Assembly: GCA_965140445.1 (NCBI GenBank)
Contig: OZ223236.1
Location: forward strand, 2,976,001-3,040,000
Length of the DNA stretch: 64,000 bases
Origin: Candidatus Ozemobacteraceae bacterium
GTDB taxonomy: Bacteria; Muiribacteriota; Ozemobacteria; Ozemobacterales; Ozemobacteraceae
Direction: 5' to 3'
The number at the start of each line of letters is the position of its first letter. Position 1 is the first letter of the stretch. Positions 10,319 to 19,469 of this stretch are shown here, piece after piece. The notes under the pieces were generated by a model that saw only the letters and a list, made by a program, of their open reading frames with translations, did no database searches and was not told the origin of the DNA. A program made the translations under genes and the position numbers.

Positions 10319-11128
10319 TCAGGGTTTTTGGGCGACAATCAAGAAATGTTCGGTTGTATGTTTATAATCATCTAGCTCACAATACCGACTTGCAACCTTT
10401 ACATACTCCTGATAAAGTTCTTCACTTTTGCTACGCAATTCGTCTAATTGAAGTTTCATTCCACTCAAAAAACTCTCTGCGCCAGCAGTTGAAATAATTT
10501 GAAAATCAGTTTTTTCAACTTCATCAATCGCAAGTTTGTGAGTAGTAAAGTAGGCTTTTGTAAATGAATTTTCACTGGTTAGTTTGAGATCACCTTTTAA
10601 AAACATTGTATTAAGCTTTTCTTCACAAAAACCTTCAGGAAACTCTGTAACCGAAGCGCGTAAAAGGCCATATGAATTAATGTATGCAAAAATTGCCACA
10701 CCATTTGGCTTAAGTATTCTAAAGACGTCTTCTAACACTTTTTTACGCTCTGAATTTTCATGGAGATGATAAAGTGGGCCCAGAACAATTACCGAGTCAA
10801 ATGATTCATTTTCAAAGCGATCTAAATTTGTCGCGGAATCAACAATGTAATCCCTGGCGAGTAAACCATGCTTTTCAATATTTTGCTTTGCGATTTCAAT
10901 GGATTCTTTTGATAAATCAAGAAGAGTAACTTCATACCCTCTATTGAGCAATTCAAGGGCATATCTGCCAGGACCTGCTCCACAATCCAAAATAGAAGAA
11001 CCTTTTGCAACATATTTATCTATAAGATACATGGTGCTCATAAACTCAATTAAAGAATAATTATTATCAAGTCTATTAAGCTCAGATTTTGCATTTGAAT
11101 CATAATACTCTTTTACTTCATCATTCAT
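10319..11128 (-). CDS. Class I SAM-dependent methyltransferase
   Basis: ILDCGAGPGRY; LGPLYHL. Confidence 0.9.
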   Translation of the reverse strand: MNDEVKEYYDSNAKSELNRLDNNYSLIEFMSTMYLIDKYVAKGSSILDCGAGPGRYALELLNRGYEVTLLDLSKESIEIAKQNIEKHGLLARDYIVDSATNLDRFENESFDSVIVLGPLYHLHENSERKKVLEDVFRILKPNGVAIFAYINSYGLLRASVTEFPEGFCEEKLNTMFLKGDLKLTSENSFTKAYFTTHKLAIDEVEKTDFQIISTAGAESFLSGMKLQLDELRSKSEELYQEYVKVASRYCELDDYKHTTEHFLIVAQKP

Positions 11129-11225
11129 TTAAAATGGATCTCCTGTCTTTTGTCTGATACCAAAGGCTAACAAAGGGATTTTATAATGCTCAAAAGGATT
11201 ATAACAGGGTAACTACTCTAAGGAA

Positions 11226-12302
11226 TTACTTTTCAATTGTTTCGGTGGAATCACTAGAAGTTGAGAAACATGGAAGCACATCTTGTTTAAAGTAAGGTTC
11301 CTGATTTACCCAGAACATATACTTGACCTTTAAAAAGTCCTTAGCGAATGAATGCAAAATAGGAACAATGTTATTTCTTTTCTGTTTAACCAAATCGGAG
11401 TTAGTTGTTCCAATGTAGTTCCCATCCTGAATTGCTATTCCAAGAGGAACAGTGTAGGAATGCTCGTGCATCATTGCCAGAGGATGATTTAGTTGTCCTC
11501 GTTTTTGCATCATCAAGTCAGGAGCTCCAAGTCCAACCCCAATTTCTTCCCCGTATTTGTAAATGGATCTTAGAAATCCTTTGTCTTCCCAGGGTAGCCA
11601 TTCTCCAGGCATAAAGTTGGCATATTGCATCGTGACTGATTTTGGAAAGGCTTTTTTTAAAGCCAGCATGTTTGTCTTTAAAGATTCTGCATATAAAGCG
11701 GGAGAAAAAGATTTGTCATATTTACTTGTAACTCCAATGCAAGATTCCTGTAGGTTAATTCCTTCTACTTTTCCGTCAAATTCTTTACCAAGAGCAATTA
11801 GAAGCTTGGCGAATCTTTCCTGAACTTTTTTATTCCAACGTTTTGCTGTCCATCCCTCTGGTTTATCATTATCATCGCGCTGAAATATTTCACCACCATC
11901 ATATTCCTCTGATCTTAAATACGTGGGCACTGCCCTATATTTTACGTCAAAAGTCGCATCTTGTAGCTGGATAAACAGTTTCTTGTTTTTTTCTTTTAAG
12001 TATTTGTAATCACTTTCGATGATGGAAAAATCATACTGGTCTTTTGATGGTTCAAGTTGCGGCCATGAATACATTATTTGCGCACCTTCAAATCTTGAAA
12101 CTTTCAAAAAAGAATGGTTCCTGATTGCTTCTCTATCCCTTGCAAAGTATACGAAATGCTTTATGCTATCGCTTTCAATTGGGCATTTGGCATTCAAATG
12201 TTTACGGTATTCATTTGCATATCGATCAGCTGGATTCTCAGCTTTTGCCGGGGTATTTAAACAAAGAACAAGCGAAAATAAAGTGATAAAAATTCTTTTC
12301 AT
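11226..12302 (-). CDS. Secreted protein, probable glycoside hydrolase-like TIM barrel
   Basis: Signal peptide (AKA); YSWPQLEPSKDQYDFS resembles clan GH-A beta-galactosidase-like N-termini; INLQE candidate acid/base. Confidence 0.55.
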   Translation of the reverse strand: MKRIFITLFSLVLCLNTPAKAENPADRYANEYRKHLNAKCPIESDSIKHFVYFARDREAIRNHSFLKVSRFEGAQIMYSWPQLEPSKDQYDFSIIESDYKYLKEKNKKLFIQLQDATFDVKYRAVPTYLRSEEYDGGEIFQRDDNDKPEGWTAKRWNKKVQERFAKLLIALGKEFDGKVEGINLQESCIGVTSKYDKSFSPALYAESLKTNMLALKKAFPKSVTMQYANFMPGEWLPWEDKGFLRSIYKYGEEIGVGLGAPDLMMQKRGQLNHPLAMMHEHSYTVPLGIAIQDGNYIGTTNSDLVKQKRNNIVPILHSFAKDFLKVKYMFWVNQEPYFKQDVLPCFSTSSDSTETIEK

Positions 12303-12326
12303 TTAAAAATCCTTAGAAGTCACAAT

Positions 12327-12716
12327 TTAAGATCTATTTAACATGTAAAAGGAGAAATTCAAATAGGTAGCGAATAGAACCCATAGTAAATAGGGCCATA
12401 ATAAGATTGATGCAGTTTGATTTGATTGCCAGAAATAGTAAATGATAAAAATCAAAGAAACGTCTAGAAAAATTATATCTACTAATGCCAGGCCAGGATT
12501 CTGTAACCCAAAAAACAAGCCTGTCCATGAGAGGTTAGATATCAGGTGTAAAACTATCAAAATATAGATTCCAATACCATTTTCCGACTTATAGTTTTTT
12601 ACAAAAGAAAAAATCGATATGCCAATCATTATGTAAAGAACTGTCCAAACTGGTCCAAATAACCAGTTTGGAGGAGTCAGAGGTGGTCTTTGCAAATTTT
12701 CATACCAGGTGTTCAT
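12327..12716 (-). CDS. tspO: TspO/MBR family tryptophan-rich sensory protein
   Basis: WYENLQRPPLTPPNWLFGPVWTVLY; PYLLWVLFATYLN. Confidence 0.92.
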   Translation of the reverse strand: MNTWYENLQRPPLTPPNWLFGPVWTVLYIMIGISIFSFVKNYKSENGIGIYILIVLHLISNLSWTGLFFGLQNPGLALVDIIFLDVSLIFIIYYFWQSNQTASILLWPYLLWVLFATYLNFSFYMLNRS

Positions 12717-12830
12717 AAACGAAATTTTATCATGAATCTAGTTCAATTGTTTGTTTTCACTTTTTCCCAGAATCCCTTAAACTAGTTTAGAGCACTCTCA
12801 ATTGTTGCCAATGAAAATAAGGAGACAATA

Positions 12831-13394
12831 ATGGAACCAAAGATTTTAAAAAAGAAAGGTGATCTTGAGCTTTGTCTGCTTACACCTGATTTAAAAGATT
12901 TCATAAAAACCTTGTTGGAATGGGAGAATGATGAATCTATTCGGCATCTTCATCTTGTAACCAGAAGTGAAGAGGAATTTAAAAACCTGCACCAAACATA
13001 CGAAGAGCTGCTTGAGAGAATTGAAAAGGTCTATAACTCTGAAAACCAGTTTTTCTGGATGGTTCTTGAAAAAGGCTCTCCTGTTTGTTTTTTAACTGCT
13101 CAGATTGATCCGAGACATCTTTTGCGTCAGGTCCCAGGAACTTTCTGGCCAAGTATTTTGATCGGTGAAAAGTCTGCCAGGGGTAGGGGAATAGGAAAGC
13201 AAGCCATGATCTGGTGTGAAGAGCTTGCATTGGAAATGAATTGTAAGCGTATAGAAATCGGGGTTTTTGAGTTTAACGGTGCTGCCCGAAAACTTTACGA
13301 ATCGATGGGCTATGTTGAGTTTGCCAAAACCCCAGAATTTACCTGGTGGGATGGTGCTTTAAGAACCGATTTACGACTGGAAAAATATTTGTAG
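12831..13394 (+). CDS. GNAT family N-acetyltransferase
   Basis: RGRGIG acetyl-CoA loop; NGAARKLYESMGY. Confidence 0.85.
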   Translation: MEPKILKKKGDLELCLLTPDLKDFIKTLLEWENDESIRHLHLVTRSEEEFKNLHQTYEELLERIEKVYNSENQFFWMVLEKGSPVCFLTAQIDPRHLLRQVPGTFWPSILIGEKSARGRGIGKQAMIWCEELALEMNCKRIEIGVFEFNGAARKLYESMGYVEFAKTPEFTWWDGALRTDLRLEKYL

Positions 13395-13399
13395 CCGTT

Positions 13400-13936
13400 T
13401 TATTCGTCGTGCCAATTAACTGGGGTGATTTTCCCAGTTTTCCAGTCTTCTTTTAATATTGCATATGTGATTGAATCGTAAAGGGCGCCATTGCAATCTG
13501 GCCAGCATCTGCGATGATGGGACTCTTTTACCCAATTGCAGGAACGAAATACACTACGCATACATTTGTTGTCGACTCTGGTATTTCCTTCAATTCGTGT
13601 TTTATTGGTTTGGGTAAAAATAAAGTTTTCCAGCCATTTGACAGTTTTTTTGCCGTAACCTTTATGGCGAGATGAAGATTTTAACCTTAGATCAAAAATT
13701 GGTGTGTCATCAGTTAGATCGTGAAAGCATACGATTCCTATAGGACTATCGTTATTATTTTCAAGAATCCAGAAAGCTTTATTATCATTGCCTTCAAAAT
13801 CACCATCTGAGACCCATTTTTGAACTCTTTCAAGTGATGGGGTTTCCAAAGAATGAAAAGGCCACTTTTCTGACGAAATAAAATGAGCAATTTTTTCTGC
13901 GTCTTTTGGAAGGTACTCTTTAAATATTAGCTGCAT
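13400..13936 (-). CDS. GNAT acetyltransferase (RimJ/RimL-like)
   Basis: RHKGYG; TRVDNKCMRSVF. Confidence 0.85.
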   Translation of the reverse strand: MQLIFKEYLPKDAEKIAHFISSEKWPFHSLETPSLERVQKWVSDGDFEGNDNKAFWILENNNDSPIGIVCFHDLTDDTPIFDLRLKSSSRHKGYGKKTVKWLENFIFTQTNKTRIEGNTRVDNKCMRSVFRSCNWVKESHHRRCWPDCNGALYDSITYAILKEDWKTGKITPVNWHDE

Positions 13937-14122
13937 TAACTTACTTCCATTTCATTGTGTATGTTATCAGTTTAACATTTTTTTAATGGAAATGTTGCAT
14001 TTTGTTCTATTATTAGCGGATTTGGAACGAAAATGGGAAATGAGAGAAAAATAGAAAACTTAATTCGCAACTAATAAACAATTAGTTTAGTTGTCTGATT
14101 TTCTTCAATGTTAACTAATCAG

Positions 14123-15529
14123 TCAGTTTTCTTTAGCAATTCTCTGGAACTCCAACGACATTAACCAGGCAGCTATTACTGCAAGAAATGAAATTCCTGC
14201 TAAAATCCAGAATACCTCAGCCCAGCCCAGCTTTTCAGAGATGTATCCAGCACCCCATGCTGCTAATGCCCCGCCAATATAACCAATTCCATCAATTAAT
14301 CCCGTGCAGCTTCCAGCGGCTTTTGAACCAGCAATATCAAGAGTTAAACAGCCTGAAGACATGGCGTATGGGCCAAGAAGGAAAAAACCTGCCAGGCCAA
14401 GCAAAACAACTATCCAGTTTTGATAAGACGCAGAAACTGTACCGCCGTGGGCTAAAACGGCTATTCCCACCATAGAAACGACGAGACCAAGAAGCATTTT
14501 CCACATAGCGCTTGCCCTGTCTCCGTTATTGGCAAATTTGTCGGTATACCAACCTAGCAAAACTGTTCCGACACAGCCCAAAAAAGGAAAGAGTGCTGAT
14601 TTTAAAATAGCAAAAGATGTACCCATTCCAATGTCTACAAGAAATTTTGGTGTCCAGAAAAAGAAAATAGAGCGTAAAAAAGTTGTAATAAAGCTATATA
14701 AAAGTAAATAGCGAAAGAGCCTCATACTTAGAAGACCTTTCATGGTTTTTAAAACATCCATGCTGCCATCTTTTTCTTCGTCAATTTTTGCAATGGATGA
14801 CTTTTTACCTGCGTTTCCTCCAAATTTAATCCCAGGGATAACATCCTGTGGGCAGCTTTTTGAGGAGCGAACTGACCAGAGGAAAATAAAAAATAGCACT
14901 AAAGCGGGGTATAAAAACAGCTTATCCCAGGTGCAACCAAGAGCTACAAGTGAACCAGCAAAAAGACTGGCAACAACACCACCGAACTGAAAGTTCAGAG
15001 AAATTACACCCATTACTGTTCCATTTCTTTCCGGTTCATACCAGGCACCAATAGTCTTTGTAAGTCCTCCCCATCCCATAGAAAGAAAATATCGACAAAG
15101 GCACCAAACTACGATGAAAGCAGTTAAACTATGCATCTGGGAAAAAACTAAATTCATCAATATTGCACCAATCATACCGATTAAGAAGATAGTCCGCCCT
15201 CCAATGCGGTCTGCGGCAGGACCATTGATGAATTTTCCAATGGCATAGGCTATTTCTGAGGAAGAAGCTATTAGCCCTAGTTGCGCATTGGTATATCCAA
15301 ACTTTGCACTCATCAAAGGAAAGGCGGCTGAAAGGTTGCCACGGCAAATATAATAACCAACGTAGCCAAAAAGCATTACAGCAAAAGTTGATTGCCTCCA
15401 ATCATTTAGGACAAATCTGGTGAGGCTTTCTAAGTGTCTGTTTCGATCAGCCTCATTAGAAAAAAGGCTTTCAGGGACAATGCTTTCTTTGCTTTCTGCC
15501 ATTGGTAAACTCCAGAATTGTGGTTTCAC
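14123..15529 (-). CDS. MFS organophosphate transporter (GlpT/UhpC-like)
   Basis: GYVGYYICRGN, GPAADRIGGR motif A, WYEPERNG; about 12 TM; alternative start 15502. Confidence 0.85.
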   Translation of the reverse strand: MKPQFWSLPMAESKESIVPESLFSNEADRNRHLESLTRFVLNDWRQSTFAVMLFGYVGYYICRGNLSAAFPLMSAKFGYTNAQLGLIASSSEIAYAIGKFINGPAADRIGGRTIFLIGMIGAILMNLVFSQMHSLTAFIVVWCLCRYFLSMGWGGLTKTIGAWYEPERNGTVMGVISLNFQFGGVVASLFAGSLVALGCTWDKLFLYPALVLFFIFLWSVRSSKSCPQDVIPGIKFGGNAGKKSSIAKIDEEKDGSMDVLKTMKGLLSMRLFRYLLLYSFITTFLRSIFFFWTPKFLVDIGMGTSFAILKSALFPFLGCVGTVLLGWYTDKFANNGDRASAMWKMLLGLVVSMVGIAVLAHGGTVSASYQNWIVVLLGLAGFFLLGPYAMSSGCLTLDIAGSKAAGSCTGLIDGIGYIGGALAAWGAGYISEKLGWAEVFWILAGISFLAVIAAWLMSLEFQRIAKEN

Positions 15530-15620
15530 TTTTTTCTCAAGTGTATATCAAAAGCTTTCTTTCCTAAAGCCAAATAAGAGGAACTAAAAATAATTTAGAC
15601 AAAAGTTTTGAGTTTCAAGT

Positions 15621-15649
15621 TTGCTTAGTGCTAGATTCAAGATTATAAT
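15621..15649 (+). promoter_or_regulatory. sigma70-type promoter
   Basis: TTGCTT-17 nt-TATAAT upstream of 15686. Confidence 0.5.
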
Positions 15650-15685
15650 CAGGCTTTATTCGGAAAGATTGGTTATTCTCAGGAT

Positions 15686-16405
15686 TTGAACAGGAAAATT
15701 TTAACTGTGGTTTATAAAGAAAAAAAGAACAGGACTTTTTGGAAGAGCATAGGGATCTTTATGGCTTTTCTTCTTCTTGTTGCTTTATATATTTTTTTTG
15801 TCGAAGATTCCAAACGTAAGGCAAATATAAAGGCCGCCAGAAAAAAAGATAGGGTGAATAAAGAGTTAGAAGAGCAATTTGGGAAGCTACAATTTACTCG
15901 AATATATATGTTCAATGGTGCTGAGTCATCAGCCACAATCAGGTTAAATGAAGATCCATGTCTTTCTTTTTCCATTGAGGCTTTACCTCGTGGTAAAGGG
16001 AAAAAACACCAGCTAAATAAGCGGGCATTAGTTGTTTCCCCAAAAGACGATGCTCTGGTAACGGTAGTATCAAGAGAAAAGTTGCTTCCCAGGCTTTTTA
16101 TAAGTAAACCTGATAAACCTGAAAAGAGATTAGTTTGTCCCCATGGGGGAACGCATCTGCTATTATTGTCCAATTCCAAAAGGATAAAATGGGAAGAAAT
16201 TAGGTATTCAAACTCTGGAAGCTTTCCGCTGGCAAAATTTGAAACAAAAAACAATTCAAGAAGAGCAAATCTGTTTGGACTTTATAAAGTTGATGAAAAG
16301 AGCCGTAAAGTATATGGATTTGATGAGACACCCCCGGGAAAGATCAAGACTGCGTTTAGCTCTTCTATCCCAATTTCAGGAGGGATTAAATTTTCAGTTT
16401 ACTAA
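15686..16405 (+). CDS. Hypothetical membrane-anchored basic protein
   Basis: Single N-terminal TM; promoter upstream. Confidence 0.6.
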   Translation: MNRKILTVVYKEKKNRTFWKSIGIFMAFLLLVALYIFFVEDSKRKANIKAARKKDRVNKELEEQFGKLQFTRIYMFNGAESSATIRLNEDPCLSFSIEALPRGKGKKHQLNKRALVVSPKDDALVTVVSREKLLPRLFISKPDKPEKRLVCPHGGTHLLLLSNSKRIKWEEIRYSNSGSFPLAKFETKNNSRRANLFGLYKVDEKSRKVYGFDETPPGKIKTAFSSSIPISGGIKFSVY

Positions 16406-16503
16406 AAAACAAGGCCATAAAATGCTATTAAGCTTTTCAGAATTTTTTGTCATAAAAATCTAGTGTTCTATAGAGAAAAATAGCGGTTTTTGATGATCAA
16501 ACA

Positions 16504-17988
16504 CTACTGGATTTTTCCTTTGTATTCTACCACTATCAAGGAGATATCATCTTCTGGCGCTCTTCCGTCAGTAAAATTTTGAATATCATTAGTAAAAAAA
16601 TTAATAAGTTCTCTGATGTTTTTATCTTTATTTTCAGTTATAACAGTTTGAAACTTTTCAATTCCATACATTTTGCCCTCGGGATTGGTTCTTTCCAGAA
16701 GCCCGTCGGTAAACAAGAAAAACTTTTCGCCAGGCTCAAGCTGAATTGTTTCTTTTTCCAGCTCAAGAATTTCGTTTTCAAATAATCCTAATAGAAGGCC
16801 GCCAGTTTTCATGGAGACTAGTTCACCTGATTTTTTTAAAAGCAGCATTTGAGGATGTCCAGCATTAACAACCGTTAATAATCCATTTTGATCAATGGTT
16901 GCGTGTATGGCTGACATGTATCTTTCACTAGGTAGAAGTTTTAAAAAGATATCATTAAGATGCTCCAATAATTTAACGGGACAAGTTTCACTGAATTTTT
17001 CATCCAAACCCATCTTGGCGATAATGGTTGTGAATGCTGCTGCAATTCCGTGCCCAGTTCCATCACCAAGAAAAATACTAAATAGGCTTTCAGTTTTCTT
17101 GCATGCTCTGAAAATGTCACCAGAGACATGGGAAAATGGAATGCAAATGCTCTCTAAATTAATAAAGTCTGGTATCGGGCCAACCTTGAAAAGTTCTTTT
17201 TGCAACTCTTCTGCAACCATCAAATCCTTTTCCATTTCTCTGTTTATATTTAGTAATTCATTACTGGACTTCTCCAATTTAAGGTTAGATTCCAAGAGAG
17301 TTTTCGTATTTTTTTTGATGTTGGCATCAAAAATCGTAAGACCTGTTAAGCCAGCAAATAAAGCTATTATATGTGAAATCCAAATCTCCAGATTTAACTC
17401 ATCTAAAACTAATGGAACAGCAACACTAAAAACACCAAGTAGGTCACCTTCTTTTTGGCCGAATTTTGAATGGCATTCCAGGCAAGGTTTTTTTGCTATT
17501 GAAGGGACCATAAATCTGAATTCTTTTTTATGGTCCGGGCCATCAAATAGGTAATAAAATTCCTTTTTTCCGGCTTCTATATTCTTTACTGCTTCAATTT
17601 CCCAGTCTTTAACCATATTCTCTGGATTCACAGGGGCTGAGCTGCTATTTCGGAATTTTACACCCGTAGTTTTTTCTGCAATTGCTGCAAGTTGCCTGAT
17701 CATGATGGCTGAGCTTATTTTGGTAAGCTTGAGCCCATCATTTGTTTGAACAACTTTATCTTTGTCCGGAAGAAACGGGCTTGGTTGATGATTTTTAGTT
17801 ACTGGTCCGTATACCCTTCCATGAGACATGTTCCAGGCTCTCATAAAATGAAGTTGCTGAACAATTGAAGTTGCAGCTTGCCGGGCAAGACTTATCTGGT
17901 TTCTGGTCGCTACTTTTAAGTTCCATGCAAGTGACCCAAAGCATGCTAAAATCCAACCAAGAATTGCAATAAGTATAGAACGATGCAA
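16504..17988 (-). CDS. SpoIIE/PP2C phosphatase with extracytoplasmic c-type haem (DUF3365-like) sensor
   Basis: CLECH motif between TMs; SGDIF, GDGTGHG, NAGH, FTDGLLE, DDISL. Confidence 0.85.
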   Translation of the reverse strand: MHRSILIAILGWILACFGSLAWNLKVATRNQISLARQAATSIVQQLHFMRAWNMSHGRVYGPVTKNHQPSPFLPDKDKVVQTNDGLKLTKISSAIMIRQLAAIAEKTTGVKFRNSSSAPVNPENMVKDWEIEAVKNIEAGKKEFYYLFDGPDHKKEFRFMVPSIAKKPCLECHSKFGQKEGDLLGVFSVAVPLVLDELNLEIWISHIIALFAGLTGLTIFDANIKKNTKTLLESNLKLEKSSNELLNINREMEKDLMVAEELQKELFKVGPIPDFINLESICIPFSHVSGDIFRACKKTESLFSIFLGDGTGHGIAAAFTTIIAKMGLDEKFSETCPVKLLEHLNDIFLKLLPSERYMSAIHATIDQNGLLTVVNAGHPQMLLLKKSGELVSMKTGGLLLGLFENEILELEKETIQLEPGEKFFLFTDGLLERTNPEGKMYGIEKFQTVITENKDKNIRELINFFTNDIQNFTDGRAPEDDISLIVVEYKGKIQ

Positions 17989-18104
17989 CTTTAACCTCTC
18001 AAGAGAAATAAACTTTTATCTGAATATATATAACTAATTTTTTTTAATTTTTGAACAAAAAAGCAATTTTCAATACAAGGATAATGATAAAAAAAAAACT
18101 TTAT

Positions 18105-18120
18105 TTGCGCTATAGCGCAA
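18105..18120. promoter_or_regulatory. Perfect 16-bp palindrome, candidate operator
   Basis: TTGCGCTATAGCGCAA in a divergent intergenic region. Confidence 0.45.
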
Positions 18121-18199
18121 GATTTCTGTTAGATTCAAATAGATTTTATTTGATTGTTAAAAAACTGCGACTTTTGTCATGGTTTTACGGGAGTAAATA

Positions 18200-18625
18200 A
18201 TGACCAGAAATTGTATTGTAAGGTTTGCTGTTAAAGAAGATATAAAGCAGCTGTTAGTCGTAGATCCATGGCCAAGGGATGATGTGTGGGCCATGAAGGT
18301 TGCTGCCAAAGAAGTTGTTGTTTTGGATAACGATGGTTTAATCGTAGGACTTGCCAGGTTTTCCTTGCTCTGGACAACGGTTCCGTTTCTGGGGTTAATC
18401 TGTATTAATTCAAAATTCAGAGGAAAAGGATATTCTCGCGAGATGCTTGAATTTTTGCAGAATGATTTGAGAGAGCAAGGATATGTTGTTCTACTTAGCT
18501 CTTCACAAACAAACGAACCAGAACCTCAGGAATGGCACAGGAAAATGGGTTTTAAATCCAATGGAATCATAGAAAACATTGCTGATGATGATATTGGTGA
18601 AGTGGTTTTTCGTAAAATTTTATAA
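18200..18625 (+). CDS. GNAT family N-acetyltransferase
   Basis: FRGKGYS; SSQTNEPEPQEWHRKMGF. Confidence 0.85.
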   Translation: MTRNCIVRFAVKEDIKQLLVVDPWPRDDVWAMKVAAKEVVVLDNDGLIVGLARFSLLWTTVPFLGLICINSKFRGKGYSREMLEFLQNDLREQGYVVLLSSSQTNEPEPQEWHRKMGFKSNGIIENIADDDIGEVVFRKIL

Positions 18626-18650
18626 ACAGGCGAATTTAGAGAAGCAAAAT

Positions 18651-19433
18651 CTACTGCTTCTGAATCATATCGACCTTTATTAAATATTGGTGTTGGATGA
18701 ATCCGGTATTGCTGGTTTTACTGACATTTATTGATTTATTATCTCCGCCTACCTGAAATCCTTGAACAGGTGTTTTGGATGATCTGTTCTCTGTGTTCCC
18801 CCCGATGGAAAACCATGTTCCTATAGGAACTTCAAGCGAAGTAAGCAATGCTTCAGATTTATCAAAATCTCCATGGGCATACCAGACTTCCACAATGACC
18901 GTATTACCAGAAGCCAGATGTCCTGAAATTTTAAGACCTCTGGTTGTTGTGATTACGTTAGATTCAGGGCCATACCAGGTTGGAACGGTAAATACCCTTA
19001 GGGTTTCATCTGTTAACGCAGCCTTTGCAAACTCCATGGTAGTAATGTTTCGGACCTCGTCTGATCGCGATTTTATGATTGAGGTTTGCCGGTTAAAGCC
19101 ACCTTTAGCCCCAAACTTTGCTTCTGTGGTATCAATTTTTGTTTTATCATTGCCCATACGCTTAATACTGAATTTTAGCATTGCGGGTTTTCTATCTAAT
19201 GAGCGGATTAATCGTTCTACTGCAGCATAATCTCTGTCCATCTCTGTTTTTACAATTATTCCATTGATCATTGGAGCGGCAGTAACTGTGACTGTCCCAG
19301 GGAATAGCTTCTGAATGACACCAACCACACTCTCAGGTTTTGCATAGTTAAGCTTTATGATTTCAAGTCTTGCAAACAGAGTAATTGGCAATAATATTAA
19401 AAGGGCCAGTATCAGGCCTGTAAATCTATTCAT
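18651..19433 (-). CDS. Secretin N-terminal (NolW-like) domain protein
   Basis: Signal peptide; IIKLNYAKPESVVGVIQKL...NGIIV...IRSLDRKP N3-type domain; too short for a full secretin. Confidence 0.65.
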   Translation of the reverse strand: MNRFTGLILALLILLPITLFARLEIIKLNYAKPESVVGVIQKLFPGTVTVTAAPMINGIIVKTEMDRDYAAVERLIRSLDRKPAMLKFSIKRMGNDKTKIDTTEAKFGAKGGFNRQTSIIKSRSDEVRNITTMEFAKAALTDETLRVFTVPTWYGPESNVITTTRGLKISGHLASGNTVIVEVWYAHGDFDKSEALLTSLEVPIGTWFSIGGNTENRSSKTPVQGFQVGGDNKSINVSKTSNTGFIQHQYLIKVDMIQKQ

Positions 19434-19469
19434 AGAACCTCCTGAATTTTTTATCCACCTTAACTATAA

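Noticed and set aside
5168..11198. ATGCTCAAAAGG present in two intergenic regions (near 5168 and 11186)
   Set aside because: 12-mer in AT-rich DNA with unrelated flanks; compatible with chance
8488..12830. Integron cassette array for the run of co-oriented small genes
   Set aside because: Only an isolated GTTAGAT (9717-9723, minus strand); no paired attC boxes, several spacers too short, no integrase
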